Assembly (NCBI GenBank): GCA_900755065.1 | Contig: CAAEFC010000030.1 | Span: forward strand, 5,359 to 69,358 | DNA length: 64,000 bases | Reading direction: 5' to 3' | Source: Bacilli bacterium | Lineage (GTDB): Bacteria; Bacillota_I; Bacilli_A; RFN20; CAG-449 | Part shown: positions 47,439-57,466 of the stretch, piece after piece | Position numbering within the stretch: position 1 is the first letter of the stretch | Layout: each line of letters opens with the position of its first letter | Notes under the pieces: generated by a model | Seen by the model: the letters and a program-made list of their open reading frames with translations, nothing else | What the model was told of the DNA's origin: nothing | Databases searched by the model: none | Position numbers and translations under genes: made by a program

Positions 47439-47953
47439 AACTGACCTCCGTCGAAATGTTTTTTGAGTTGCCGAATCGCTTTGTAGTAGCGCCCCTGCAC
47501 CGTGTTGAGGCTCAGGTTCATTTCATCGGCGATTTCTTTGAAATTGTAAGAGAACAGGATTTTCAAAGTGACGATTTCCGCGTCTTCCGGGGAAAGGGTC
47601 CGTTCGATCGTCAGAATAGTGTCGACATCGTCGGCGGGACTTCGGCTGACCAATCGGTTTTCGCTTTCCTCATCGAGATAGATTTGCCTCTTGTTTTTTT
47701 GTATGGCGTTGAGCGACTTGTTTTTGGCGATCGAGGTCAGATACGACTTCAAGGTTCCGCTTTCGTTGTATTCTTTGATGTGTTCCATCAAGGAGAGAAA
47801 AGTCTCCTGCATGATGTCTTTGGCTAGTTCTTCGTCCTTGACGATCCGAAAAGAGATGTAATAGATCAGACGGTAGTATTCCTGATAGACGATTTCAAAA
47901 GCATATTCCTGACGGTTTTTCAGATCCGTCAAAACTTTTTGACTGATTTTCAT
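47435..47953 (-). CDS. ECF-type sigma-70 family RNA polymerase sigma factor
   Basis: Region 2 (AFEIVYQEYYRLIYYISFRIVKDEELAKDIMQETF) and region 4 (YNFKEIADEMNLSLNTVQGRYYKAIRQLK). Confidence 0.8.
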   Translation of the reverse strand: MKISQKVLTDLKNRQEYAFEIVYQEYYRLIYYISFRIVKDEELAKDIMQETFLSLMEHIKEYNESGTLKSYLTSIAKNKSLNAIQKNKRQIYLDEESENRLVSRSPADDVDTILTIERTLSPEDAEIVTLKILFSYNFKEIADEMNLSLNTVQGRYYKAIRQLKKHFDGGQL

Positions 47954-48093
47954 GGGTGCACCTCGGGAAGGCCTTGTTTCGACCTCCTCACCCAATATAA
48001 CAGACGAACGGCGAAAATTATTTTAAAAACAATAATTTTTTTGATATTCGATTCAACTTCTAATTTTTTTCGCCGTTTGATACAATAAAGCGT

Positions 48094-49059
48094 ATGAAAA
48101 AGATCAGAAGCCTGTTGAAAATGACCTATGAAGAACGAATGGTGCTGACGACGATCCTCTCGTTGTCCGGCGGCGTGATTCTCGCCGTGGGTAAAATCGT
48201 CGCCGGATTGTTCTCGGATCTCATTCTCTTCGCTCTGGGCGTTTTCAACCTGCTTCTGCTTCTGGCCAAATTGCAATGCCTGATCGGAATCAAAAAAGGA
48301 GAGAACAATTTTTACGCGCGGAATCTTTCGGTTGCCGTCCTGCTTTTCATCGCCGGCGTCGTTTATATCGCTTACGTCGTTTCCGATTTGATTCTCGCGT
48401 ATCCGGACAAGGTGTACACGCGTTTTACCTCCATCGCGATTACGGCGATTGCCTTTTTGGAAATGGGATTGGCGATCCGCGGCCTGGTGAAAACCAAGTA
48501 TCGGGGACATTATTACCGGGATATCAAGATCATCAGCCTGATTTCCGCGATGACGGCGATGATGACCGCGCAGATCGCCTTGCTCTCCTTTTCTTCCGAA
48601 GAGGATATGTCGGTCTACAACAGTTACGTCGGCATCGCCGTCGGGGTAATCACGCTTCTGTTAGCGATTTACGTGTACTTCGCGCCGGAAATATCTCTCT
48701 CCGATCGGAGTCATCAGGTTTTTCGTCCCCGAAACGCGAACGTGCCTTTTCTTCCCGACGGAGAGATCCTCTTGGTTTCGAGTCGGATCTACGGCGATTA
48801 CGTGTTTCGTTTCGAGCGGAAAGACAGCCTACTGGAAGGCGATATCGTCAGGAAACCCGGTCTTCTCAGAAGAATGCCTCTGGGGGCGAAAATCGTCTGC
48901 GCCGTTCTTTCCGAAATTTTGATTTTCGTCTGGCTGATCGGCTATTTCATTACCTTTTTCCGCACGCTCAACCTCCCTCTGAAACTGCAAAAGCGAATGG
49001 AAGAAAGCGGATTTGAAAAAATCGAAGAATCGGAAAAAGAAGCCTTGACAAAGGGCTAA
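48094..49059 (+). CDS. Multi-pass membrane protein of unknown function
   Basis: 321 aa, about 6 TM spans plus a soluble segment. Divergent from the ECF sigma gene, with a 140-nt intergenic region. Confidence 0.45.
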   Translation: MKKIRSLLKMTYEERMVLTTILSLSGGVILAVGKIVAGLFSDLILFALGVFNLLLLLAKLQCLIGIKKGENNFYARNLSVAVLLFIAGVVYIAYVVSDLILAYPDKVYTRFTSIAITAIAFLEMGLAIRGLVKTKYRGHYYRDIKIISLISAMTAMMTAQIALLSFSSEEDMSVYNSYVGIAVGVITLLLAIYVYFAPEISLSDRSHQVFRPRNANVPFLPDGEILLVSSRIYGDYVFRFERKDSLLEGDIVRKPGLLRRMPLGAKIVCAVLSEILIFVWLIGYFITFFRTLNLPLKLQKRMEESGFEKIEESEKEALTKG

Positions 49060-49124
49060 CGGTTCGCTGAACCGTTAACCCGAAAGGGCTTCGGATATGC
49101 TATCGTGATCATGGAGGTGATACG

Positions 49125-49610
49125 ATGGCGGAAGAAAGTTTTGACGGTCTGATCAATGCGATTCAGAACGCGTTTATTCGCGTGAACCAAATGGCGGAAA
49201 GTCAGCATCTCGATCTGATCAGCCAGTATTTCGACGAAAAGAATCAACCGATCTGCGTCGAATTTGTTTATCCTTACGTCGATGCGACGGGAGAGTCCGC
49301 GGAAAAGAAAATCCGGATACCGAAACTGTGCTTAGTGCCGATTTCTTCTTTGAAACTGAGCGAAATCAGCGTGGATTTCAAGGTTCGTCTGGCCGGAAAG
49401 GTGTCTTTGAAAACGGGAGAAAGCGAAATTCCGAAACAGGTCGACCGTCTGCTGAAAAGCGATCGGGAGCGATCGTTTCTGGGCTATATCCCGTCGGGCA
49501 GAAGAAATCACGAGGAAAGTTATGCGAACATCGTCCTGAAATTTCAATCGGAAGATCCGCCGGAAGGATTGATGCGCATTCAGGACGAGTTAATCAGGGT
49601 TACCGCATAA
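49125..49610 (+). CDS. Uncharacterised beta-rich protein, DUF2589-like (paralog A)
   Basis: GGAGGTGA RBS. Shares the blocks IPxLxLVPxxxLxIxxVxxxF and PPEGLxRxxDxL with the next gene. The family assignment is from memory, not from a search. Confidence 0.5.
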   Translation: MAEESFDGLINAIQNAFIRVNQMAESQHLDLISQYFDEKNQPICVEFVYPYVDATGESAEKKIRIPKLCLVPISSLKLSEISVDFKVRLAGKVSLKTGESEIPKQVDRLLKSDRERSFLGYIPSGRRNHEESYANIVLKFQSEDPPEGLMRIQDELIRVTA

Positions 49611-49622
49611 AGGAGGAAGAAT

Positions 49623-50204
49623 ATGGCAACGGAAATACAGAATCAGTTTACCGGTCTGGACATGGCCGCGTTGATCGGAGGACCTTTGAAAGCGGTCTGT
49701 TCCGCGCAGGCGATGCTTGCGGTTTCGACAGCAGATTTCATCACCGATGTGTGCATGGAAAAGGATTCCGAAGGCAAACCGACATCGCTTTCGACGGCGA
49801 ATTTCGCTTTCGACCGCGTCGTTACGAATTCGGAAACAGGGGCGATTTCGACGGAAAAAGTCAATATGAGCATTCCGATTCTTTCCATCGTCAATGTGCC
49901 GAATCTGGAAATCGACGATGTGAAAATCGTTTTCGACATGGAAGTGAAAGAAACCACGTCGCATGAAGAAAAGAAAGATAAAGAGGGAAAACTCGACGCC
50001 GACGCGCATTTGAAAATCGGGCCGTTCAACATGAACGTGAAAGTGTCGGGTTCGGTCTCCTGCCACGAAGCCAACACGCGAAGCACCGACAATTCGGCGA
50101 AGTACCACGTCGAAGTGCACGCGAGCAACGGCCCTTTGCCGGAAGGCCTTTCCCGCGTACTGGACATTCTGGCGGGTTCGATCGCCCCGATCGGCGGCAA
50201 GTAG
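49623..50204 (+). CDS. Uncharacterised beta-rich protein, DUF2589-like (paralog B)
   Basis: AGGAGG RBS, 12 nt after paralog A. N-terminus LIGGPLKAVCSAQAMLA, central IPILSIVNVPNLEIDDVKIVFDMEV, C-terminal LPEGLSRVLDIL. Confidence 0.5.
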   Translation: MATEIQNQFTGLDMAALIGGPLKAVCSAQAMLAVSTADFITDVCMEKDSEGKPTSLSTANFAFDRVVTNSETGAISTEKVNMSIPILSIVNVPNLEIDDVKIVFDMEVKETTSHEEKKDKEGKLDADAHLKIGPFNMNVKVSGSVSCHEANTRSTDNSAKYHVEVHASNGPLPEGLSRVLDILAGSIAPIGGK

Positions 50205-50206
50205 CG

Positions 50207-50473
50207 GTGCGCGAGGAAAAAAACGTCTTTTCCTATCCGGAAATCGTCTACGTCCGAAGAGTCGTCGTCGGAAACAGCCGTCCCGACAAATGGCTGAGCG
50301 AGGCGGAGATCGCAAAGCAACAGGAGGAAGTGAACCGTCTTCTGAATGAATTTCCCCGGGGACGGATCATCGGTCTTGAAAAAAACGTGTATTTGCTGAA
50401 TTGGGGAGAGCATCAGGCGATCGTTCAGTATTTGGTTTACATCGGATTTACCAAAAGAATCGGAAAGGAGTAA
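50207..50473 (+). CDS. Hypothetical 88-aa protein
   Basis: GTG start 2 nt after the preceding stop. No recognisable motif, and the RBS is weak. Confidence 0.4.
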   Translation: MREEKNVFSYPEIVYVRRVVVGNSRPDKWLSEAEIAKQQEEVNRLLNEFPRGRIIGLEKNVYLLNWGEHQAIVQYLVYIGFTKRIGKE

Positions 50474-50476
50474 AAA

Positions 50477-51478
50477 ATGCATTTTGTAACGGTTTATTTC
50501 GACGGCGAAGGTCCGAATCGGGAAGACAGGTATTCGATTCTTCTGCCCTGCGTGTGGAAAGAAAGCGGTCTGTCCGATACGATTTTCCGGAAACTGATGA
50601 ATAATTACGGCGAAAGTTGTTTCGATATCGACGAAGTTTTCGATGAGATCGAAGGCGATCCGTCGGAAAACCTCATCGTTTTGCTGGAAGAAGACGATCT
50701 GGAAAGGGTCAAATCGAAGATTCTCCGCTTTATCCTGAACATGGAGTTTCTTTTGGAATGGCTCTTCTGCTCAGATGAATTGGACGAAATCGTCGCGTTC
50801 GCCACGAACGGCGAATGCACGTCCTATTCGGAATACAAATTGGAGAAGAAGGAAGCCTCGACGGCGGATTTTTACATCGGGAACATCGGAGGGCGGTTTG
50901 TCTATCGGTATCGGAATACACTTCGTTTCGATCTCTGTTATCCGTTCTACGACGGAGGAAAACGGCCGTTGAATCCAACCGCATTCAATCAGGCGTGCCT
51001 GGCGATTCTTCAAGAAGAAGATGTGGCGGACGTCCCGCATTCGGTTTCTGCGTTTCTGAACTGGTTCACCGAAAACTGCATGGAATTTGAAGACTGGTTC
51101 GACGCGATCGGCGAAGACGAATTCGATGGTTACTGGAACAACGCGAAAGACCGACGCGTCATCGAACTTCTGCGCCGTTTTCCGAGAGGAAATCACGAAT
51201 GGCTGATGGTTTCCCGAACCGATCGGTTCAAGAAAATGGGCGTTTCCGCGAAGATGCTCGACGATCTGGTGACGCCGACCAAAGACCTGCTTTTCAAATC
51301 GGGCGGAAGACACGGAGGAAAGCGAAGCGGAACTTTCCACCTCGCCCTGAAAAATCGGATCGATGGCGCCGGAGATTGCGACGGGTTGTTTGCCAGACTG
51401 AAAGCCTTGATCGCGGAATGGGTCGAAAGCAAAGATGAAACGAAAAAACTGACGGACCTGATCGACCATTATCGGTAA
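50477..51478 (+). CDS. Hypothetical acidic 333-aa protein
   Basis: AAGGAG RBS, starting 3 nt after the preceding stop. No TM, signal peptide or catalytic motif recognised. Confidence 0.5.
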   Translation: MHFVTVYFDGEGPNREDRYSILLPCVWKESGLSDTIFRKLMNNYGESCFDIDEVFDEIEGDPSENLIVLLEEDDLERVKSKILRFILNMEFLLEWLFCSDELDEIVAFATNGECTSYSEYKLEKKEASTADFYIGNIGGRFVYRYRNTLRFDLCYPFYDGGKRPLNPTAFNQACLAILQEEDVADVPHSVSAFLNWFTENCMEFEDWFDAIGEDEFDGYWNNAKDRRVIELLRRFPRGNHEWLMVSRTDRFKKMGVSAKMLDDLVTPTKDLLFKSGGRHGGKRSGTFHLALKNRIDGAGDCDGLFARLKALIAEWVESKDETKKLTDLIDHYR

Positions 51479-51565
51479 GCGCGAAAGAAAGCAAGCCCTT
51501 GTATTTTTGGTGGATTGCAGGGAAAAGGCGCGGTATAATGAAAGCGGAAAGTCGAGGAAATCAAA

Positions 51566-52123
51566 ATGAGAAAGAATCTGGGCGCGAAAACTTACCTTTA
51601 TCCTCTTCCGGTTCTGATTATCGGAACGTATGACGAAGAAGGAAATCCCGATGCGATGAATGCCGCGTGGGGCGGAATCAGCGATTACAATCAAATCGTC
51701 CTTTCTCTGGCGTCCGAGCATAAGACGACGAAGAACATCCGGTCGAAAAAGGCCTTCACGGTCAGTTTCGGTACGGAAGAACATCTGATCGGTGAAGATT
51801 ATGTCGGCATCGTCTCCGGGAACGAAGTCAAGGATAAGTTCGTCAAAGCGGGATTTCACGTTCTTGCGAGCGAATTCGTCGACGCGCCTTTGATTGCCGA
51901 ATTGCCGATGGCTTTGGAATGCCGTCTGATAAAAGAGAGCGAAGACGGCCTGTTTTTCGGCGAAATCGTCAACGTCAGCGTCGACGCATCTTTCATCGAC
52001 GAAAACGGAAAAATCGACCCGTCGAAGATGGGATTCGTCTCTTACGATCCGGTCAATCACGACTATCTCCGCGTCGGAGGAGTCGCCGGGAAAGCCTTCT
52101 TTGAAGGAAAAAAGCGAAAGTAA
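51566..52123 (+). CDS. Flavin reductase-like (FMN-binding split-barrel) protein
   Basis: The N-terminus YLYPLPVLIIGTYDEEGNPDAMNAAWGG is typical of the flavin reductase domain family. Confidence 0.75.
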   Translation: MRKNLGAKTYLYPLPVLIIGTYDEEGNPDAMNAAWGGISDYNQIVLSLASEHKTTKNIRSKKAFTVSFGTEEHLIGEDYVGIVSGNEVKDKFVKAGFHVLASEFVDAPLIAELPMALECRLIKESEDGLFFGEIVNVSVDASFIDENGKIDPSKMGFVSYDPVNHDYLRVGGVAGKAFFEGKKRK

Positions 52124-52124
52124 A

Positions 52125-52649
52125 TCAGATCGTCTGCCGGATATAGGAAATGAAGTTGTCGATGATTTCGCATTCGTCCATCGCGCAATCGTCGAGAATC
52201 CACGATTTGAACACGCCGCTGGCGCCGTTGAGAATGAACGAAAAATAATACTTCGTAAACGTCGATTTTTTGGAATCGCCCAGCGAAGCGATCATCAGTT
52301 TGTCGATTTTGTTTTTGAATTTGTTCTCGAAATGATCGTCGGTTTTTAAGAGAAGAAGTTTGAAGACGGCGCAGTTTTTCTTAATAAAGCGGGCGATTTC
52401 CGTGCATTTTTCTTTGATGTTGTCGGCGTGAAAACCCAGACAGATGCGAAAGATCGGTTCGATCTGCTCTTCCTCGATCTGATCGATCAGATCGTTGATG
52501 TCGGCAAAATGAAGATAGAACGTCGAACGGCTGACGTTGGCTTTGTTGCAGATATCGATGACTTTGATCTCGCTGATCTTCTTGGTTCTGATCAGGGAAA
52601 TCAGCGCTTTTTTGATCGAAGAAACGGTTTTGATCGGCCGACGGTCCAT
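52125..52649 (-). CDS. TetR/AcrR-family transcriptional regulator
   Basis: HTH ISEIKVIDICNKANVSRSTFYLHFADINDL. Divergent from the ABC transporter genes. Confidence 0.85.
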   Translation of the reverse strand: MDRRPIKTVSSIKKALISLIRTKKISEIKVIDICNKANVSRSTFYLHFADINDLIDQIEEEQIEPIFRICLGFHADNIKEKCTEIARFIKKNCAVFKLLLLKTDDHFENKFKNKIDKLMIASLGDSKKSTFTKYYFSFILNGASGVFKSWILDDCAMDECEIIDNFISYIRQTI

Positions 52650-52769
52650 AGAAAACACCTCTTGCACATATTATAAACATTTGTCCATTAAAAGACAAGT
52701 GTTGCGTCGATGTGCTTTTTTATTGCAGAGATTTTAAGCATAATGACCTTAATCGAGGAGGACGGCGCG

Positions 52770-53477
52770 ATGAACGAATATGTGATTGAAACGGAAAACG
52801 TGTGCAAAGAGTACGCGGTCGGCGAGCAGAAGATCGTCGCCAATTCAGATATCAGCATCCGGATCCGACACGGTGAATTCTGCGTGATCGTCGGTCCTTC
52901 CGGCTCGGGAAAGACGACGCTTCTGAATCTTCTCGGCGGCATGGACCGGATCTCCGGCGGGAAGATTCTCGTCGACGGAGAAGATATCGGCCGGTACGAT
53001 GACAGGAAACTGACGCTTTTCAGGAGAAACTCGATCGGTTTCGTCTTTCAGTTTTATAACCTGATGAGCAATCTCACGGCGTTAGACAATGTGGAAATCG
53101 CCGCGGAAATCTGCGCGCAGCCTCTGAATTCGGCGGAGGTTCTGAAAAAGGTGGGGCTTGAAGAGCGGGCCGACAACTTTCCTTCCCAACTGTCCGGCGG
53201 CGAGCAACAGCGCGTGGCGATCGCCAGAGCCATCGCGAAAAATCCCAAACTCCTTTTGTGCGACGAACCGACGGGGGCTCTGGACTACCAGACCGGAAAG
53301 AAAATCCTGGCCTTGCTTCACGAGATATCCAGAACGATGGACAAAACGGTGATCGTGATCACCCATAACAGCGCGTTGACGGCGATGGCCGATCACGTCA
53401 TCTGCCTGAAAAACGGCACGGTCATCAAAGACGAGTACAATTCCCATCCGGTTCCGATCGCGGAGATTGAGTGGTGA
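52770..53477 (+). CDS. ABC transporter ATP-binding protein (MacB/LolD-type)
   Basis: Walker [10 protein letters not shown], signature LSGGEQQR, Walker [23 protein letters not shown] before ATG 52770. Confidence 0.9.
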   Translation: MNEYVIETENVCKEYAVGEQKIVANSDISIRIRHGEFCVIVGPSGSGKTTLLNLLGGMDRISGGKILVDGEDIGRYDDRKLTLFRRNSIGFVFQFYNLMSNLTALDNVEIAAEICAQPLNSAEVLKKVGLEERADNFPSQLSGGEQQRVAIARAIAKNPKLLLCDEPTGALDYQTGKKILALLHEISRTMDKTVIVITHNSALTAMADHVICLKNGTVIKDEYNSHPVPIAEIEW

Positions 53478-53481
53478 GCGT

Positions 53482-55998
53482 ATGAAAAAAGCCTATTTCC
53501 GTTATTTTCTCTCTTCGATCCGAAGAGATTTTTCCAGAATCGCTTCAATCATCGCCATCGTCGCGCTTGGGGTCGGATTCCTGATCGGCTTGATTTCCAG
53601 CGCGCCGGATTTATACGCCGGCGTCAACCGTTATATGAAAAACGTGAATTATCAGGACATCAACATCAAAAGCAGCGTCGGATTCAGCGAGCGGACGGTC
53701 GCCTATCTCCATGAAAATCTGGAAGACATCGCCGTTTTTTCCGCAGTAAAAGAGACGGAAAGCGCAGTCAAAGCCGGCAATCTGTCCTACTATGCCAAAT
53801 TCATCGAACAGCCGACGGAAGTTCATCTGGTGCTGAAAGAAGGGCGTTTTCCCGAAAGCAAAAACGAGTGCGTGGTTCTGAGCGACAATCCCACGCTTAC
53901 CGACGATCTGGACGAAATGACGGTTGAAAGCGGCGGGTTCTCCTATCGGGTCGTCGGCAAAGTCGTCGATCCGACCTATATCATCAAGGAGGACATCACG
54001 TCTTCGCTCAGTTCCAAGAAATTTCAGATCGTCGCCTATCTGGATTCTTCGTTCGACAATGACCGGGTCGAAAACGCCGCGATCACCGATCTCTGGCTGA
54101 AAGTCGGCTCGTTGAACGAACTCAACGTTTTTTCTTCCAAATACGAAAAGAAAGTCGATGAAAAGATTTCGGAAATCGAGGATTTCTGCGAGGCGAACGA
54201 TCTGATCGCGAAGAATTACCGTTATGTGCTGGAAGAACAGATCGTTTCCTCCGCGCTGGAAGCGCTGAAAGATCAGGGATACGACGAAGAAGCCCTTTTT
54301 CAGATTCAGCAGAGCGAAGCCTTTCTGAATCAGATCGCTTCTGCGGTCGAAGAGGAATTCGTCGCGACGTATGACGCCTCGAATCCGTCGTTCTACTATC
54401 TCGATCATCATTCGGTTCCGGCTCTGGAAACCTTTATCGTCAACGCGGAAAAGGTCAATCTTGTCGCGAGAATTTTCCCGGTCTTCTTCTTTGCCATCGC
54501 CGTATTGGTCAGCCTGTCTTCGTTCGGCAGAATCGTCGCGAAAGACCGTATGGAGATCGCCACGCTGAAAGCCAACGGCTATTCAAGCGGAAAGATTTAC
54601 GAGAAATACCTTCTTCTCGGCCTTTTCTCGACGCTGATCGGTTGCGTGTTCGGCGTTTTAGGCGGCGTGTTCTTGCTCCCTTACATCATCTATCAGATGT
54701 ATTACACGCTGTGCGTGATGCCGCCGATCGTCTTTACGTTTCAGTCGCTGTACATTTTCGGCATTTCGATCCTGATGATTGCGGCGATCCTTCTCGTGAT
54801 CTATTTCGTCGTCAGCGGATACAACCGGAAGAGCATCAGCGCCTTAATGCTCGGAAGAGACAACGGTTCGGGGAAAAAGATCGTGCTGGAACGAATTCCT
54901 TTTTTCTGGAAACGCCTCAAATTCAAGTATAAATCGATGTTCCGGAATATCTTCCGTTTCAAGAAAAATCTGTTCATGATGATATTGGGCGTCGGAGGTT
55001 GCAGTGCGATTCTTTTGGCCGGGTTCGGCCTGTCGGATTCGATCAACGTGCTCACGAAAACGCAATACCGCGAAATCTTCAAGTACAACCTGATCGTGGA
55101 GACCGACAGTCCCAAGATCGACAGCATCGACGAACAGATCGAGATTCTCTATTACGGAAGCGGGCATATCGAAGGCGACGAAAAATACGATCTGACGCTG
55201 ATCGCCGGCGGCGATGCTTTGAACGAGTACGTCTGTTTCACTTCTGCGAAAGGGAAATCGCTGACTTTCAACGCGGATTCGTGTTTTCTGACCAAACAGG
55301 TCGCCGAAGCCCTTCACGTCAGCGCCGGAAAGGAATGCACCTTTGTCTTTCAGAATCGGGAATGCACCCTGAAAGTCGATCAGATCGTCGAGAATTACGT
55401 CGGGAATTATCTCTACGTCGGCGAAAACCGCTTTGATTTCGACGGCTGGGAGAACGGGCACGCGATTCTCGGCTATAAGGATTTTTCGGGCATCGACGAA
55501 AACGAATGGCTGGACGAACTTTCCCTGTCCCACGAAATCCGTTCGGTCGTTTTCACCGAGCAATACTTTCAGGTCTACAATTCTCTGGTGGAGAATCTGA
55601 GGGGAATCGTTCTTCTTCTGGTTCTCATATCCGGCATTCTGGCGATCATCGTCATCTATACGCTGGTCGACATCAACCTGAACGAAAGAGTCAAGGAAAT
55701 GGCGACGCTTCGGGTGCTGGGCTACCAGAAAAAAGAAGTGGTGATGTACCTCTTCCGCGAAATTTTCGTGATGAGCGTTCTGGGTTTCGGATTCGGCATC
55801 CTCTTCGGCGTTTATCTTCACCGTTTCGTCATCGAGGCGATCTGTTCGCCTGGACTGATTTTCGGTATCCGGATCAATCCGCTGAGTTACCTGTATTCCG
55901 GATTATTGACCGTGCTGTTTTCGTTAATCGTCGTCGTCGTGTTTTCGCCGAAGATTCTGAAAATCAACATGAGCGAAGCCCTTAAATCCTCCGAATGA
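53482..55998 (+). CDS. ABC transporter permease with duplicated FtsX domains
   Basis: About 838 aa. Two four-TM FtsX-like modules are separated by large extracytoplasmic regions. Confidence 0.8.
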   Translation: MKKAYFRYFLSSIRRDFSRIASIIAIVALGVGFLIGLISSAPDLYAGVNRYMKNVNYQDINIKSSVGFSERTVAYLHENLEDIAVFSAVKETESAVKAGNLSYYAKFIEQPTEVHLVLKEGRFPESKNECVVLSDNPTLTDDLDEMTVESGGFSYRVVGKVVDPTYIIKEDITSSLSSKKFQIVAYLDSSFDNDRVENAAITDLWLKVGSLNELNVFSSKYEKKVDEKISEIEDFCEANDLIAKNYRYVLEEQIVSSALEALKDQGYDEEALFQIQQSEAFLNQIASAVEEEFVATYDASNPSFYYLDHHSVPALETFIVNAEKVNLVARIFPVFFFAIAVLVSLSSFGRIVAKDRMEIATLKANGYSSGKIYEKYLLLGLFSTLIGCVFGVLGGVFLLPYIIYQMYYTLCVMPPIVFTFQSLYIFGISILMIAAILLVIYFVVSGYNRKSISALMLGRDNGSGKKIVLERIPFFWKRLKFKYKSMFRNIFRFKKNLFMMILGVGGCSAILLAGFGLSDSINVLTKTQYREIFKYNLIVETDSPKIDSIDEQIEILYYGSGHIEGDEKYDLTLIAGGDALNEYVCFTSAKGKSLTFNADSCFLTKQVAEALHVSAGKECTFVFQNRECTLKVDQIVENYVGNYLYVGENRFDFDGWENGHAILGYKDFSGIDENEWLDELSLSHEIRSVVFTEQYFQVYNSLVENLRGIVLLLVLISGILAIIVIYTLVDINLNERVKEMATLRVLGYQKKEVVMYLFREIFVMSVLGFGFGILFGVYLHRFVIEAICSPGLIFGIRINPLSYLYSGLLTVLFSLIVVVVFSPKILKINMSEALKSSE

Positions 55999-56889
55999 TC
56001 AGAAGCCCGAAATCAAACAGGTCAGATAGGCAAAAACGAGCGAAGAAACCAGACAGATCGCGACGATTTTCATCGCCTCTTTGCGCCGACCCTTCTGTTT
56101 CAGCAGGTAAATGAGGCCTAAGCCCGAATTCATCAGAAGACCGCCGAGAAGCGCGCCGAAAGAAAGACCGCCCAATAGATAGAGTTCGCTGAGAATAACG
56201 CTGGAAGCGCAATGCGGAATCAATCCGATCAGCACCGACAGAAGCGGCGCCAGATAACGGTTGGCCTGAACGAAACGCATCAGGTTGTCTTCGCCGACGG
56301 CGCCGATGCATAAACCGAAGAGGAGATTGATGATCAACAGGTAGAAGAAGATTTTCAGGCTGTGAATCAGAGGGTGAAGAAAATACTTGCTGAACCGGCT
56401 TTCCTTTTCGTCGTCGATCGCGTGGTGACAGCAACCGACGTGCACTTCTTCCTCGTGCTGACAAGGATGAAGATGCTCTTCGACCTGCGCTTTGTCCTTG
56501 ATCCGGCTATCGACGATCCAGCCGACGAGAAAGCCGATGATCAATTTCAGAAGAATCAGGGGAATGACGGCGAGGCTCCGACGGCTGTGACCGGCCAGAA
56601 GAAGAGGGATCGCCTCGTCGGAACAGGATAGAAACACCGCGACGAGGGTTCCCGTCGTCAGGTGATCCTTGATGTAAAGGTCGCTGGCGATCACGCTGAC
56701 GCCGCATTGCGGAACCAAAGCGAAAAGAGAACCGAAAAGCGGCGAAAGGCGGCTTTTTTTCGTCAGCCTTTTGGAGATACGCACTTCAAACAGAGCGAGA
56801 ATCAGATAGATCGCGAAGATGAAGACGAAAGCGATCGCGCTGTCTTTCAGACTGTCGAGAACGATTTCCTTGCATTCCGTCCAATTCAT
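55999..56889 (-). CDS. Putative metal-ion permease (ArsP_2 / 10-TM putative manganese/heavy-metal transporter family)
   Basis: Multi-TM protein with a central His/Cys-rich loop HLHPCQHEEEVHVGCCHHAIDDE. Start ATG 56889 lies behind GGGAGGAAG and has an ATGA overlap with the Fur-family gene. Confidence 0.55.
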   Translation of the reverse strand: MNWTECKEIVLDSLKDSAIAFVFIFAIYLILALFEVRISKRLTKKSRLSPLFGSLFALVPQCGVSVIASDLYIKDHLTTGTLVAVFLSCSDEAIPLLLAGHSRRSLAVIPLILLKLIIGFLVGWIVDSRIKDKAQVEEHLHPCQHEEEVHVGCCHHAIDDEKESRFSKYFLHPLIHSLKIFFYLLIINLLFGLCIGAVGEDNLMRFVQANRYLAPLLSVLIGLIPHCASSVILSELYLLGGLSFGALLGGLLMNSGLGLIYLLKQKGRRKEAMKIVAICLVSSLVFAYLTCLISGF

Positions 56890-57287
56890 TTTTCTTCCTC
56901 CCTTCCGCATTCCTGACACGTTCCGTAAAAGACGACAGTGCCCCGATGAAGATTGAAACGGTGTTCCGCGTAGATGTGATCGATCAGGTTTTCGGCTTTC
57001 CGGCACGAAAGAACGATCCGTTTGCCGCAACGGGAGCAGACCAGATGAAAGCAGGGTCTCTCCGGTTCAAGGACGTATTGATAGCAAAAACCTCGCTCTG
57101 TCGCGTATTTCCGGACTTTTCCTTCCCGTTCGCACTGTCGGACGAAACGATAAAGCGTCGCCTGCGGAATCGGCGTTTCGTCGTTTTCCAGTTCCTTTTT
57201 CAGTTCTTCGACCGAATAGGACCGCTCGAAATGCTTCTCCATGAAAGCGAGAACCGACTGCTTCTGACGGGTCTGATAGGATTTCAT
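56886..57287 (-). CDS. Fur-family metalloregulator (Zur/PerR/Fur-like)
   Basis: 133 aa. N-terminal wHTH (ATLYRFVRQCEREGKV), two CxxC pairs (CSRCGK and CQECG), and HxH-like metal ligands. Confidence 0.8.
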   Translation of the reverse strand: MKSYQTRQKQSVLAFMEKHFERSYSVEELKKELENDETPIPQATLYRFVRQCEREGKVRKYATERGFCYQYVLEPERPCFHLVCSRCGKRIVLSCRKAENLIDHIYAEHRFNLHRGTVVFYGTCQECGREEEK

Positions 57288-57300
57288 CGTACACCTCAAA

Positions 57301-57317
57301 TTGATAATCGTTATCAA
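57301..57317. promoter_or_regulatory. Fur-box-like perfect palindrome upstream of the Fur-family operon
   Basis: TTGATAA-TCG-TTATCAA (7-3-7) lies 14 nt upstream of the Fur-family start codon and resembles GATAAT-type Fur boxes. Confidence 0.5.
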
Positions 57318-57425
57318 TTTCACAAAGGGTAATTTATCAGCATGAAAAAAAATTTGCAAGATTTTACGCGCAATTCTTTGAATTTGCTTTCGTTTATAGT
57401 ATGCTGTTCGCGGAAATGCTTTTCC

Positions 57426-57466
57426 GGACAGTTCATGAACCATCCTGTCCTTAAACAAAACTAGGA
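57426..57466 (+). promoter_or_regulatory. Candidate preQ1-I riboswitch aptamer upstream of queT
   Basis: GGACAG-UUCAUGAACCAUC-CUGUCC followed by the A-rich tail UUAAACAAAACUAGGA. Compare the known aptamers ...CCCAG-UUAACAAAACAAGG (Thermoanaerobacter) and ...CCCUCU-AUAAAAAACUAAGG (Bacillus). The downstream gene is a QueT transporter. Confidence 0.55.
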
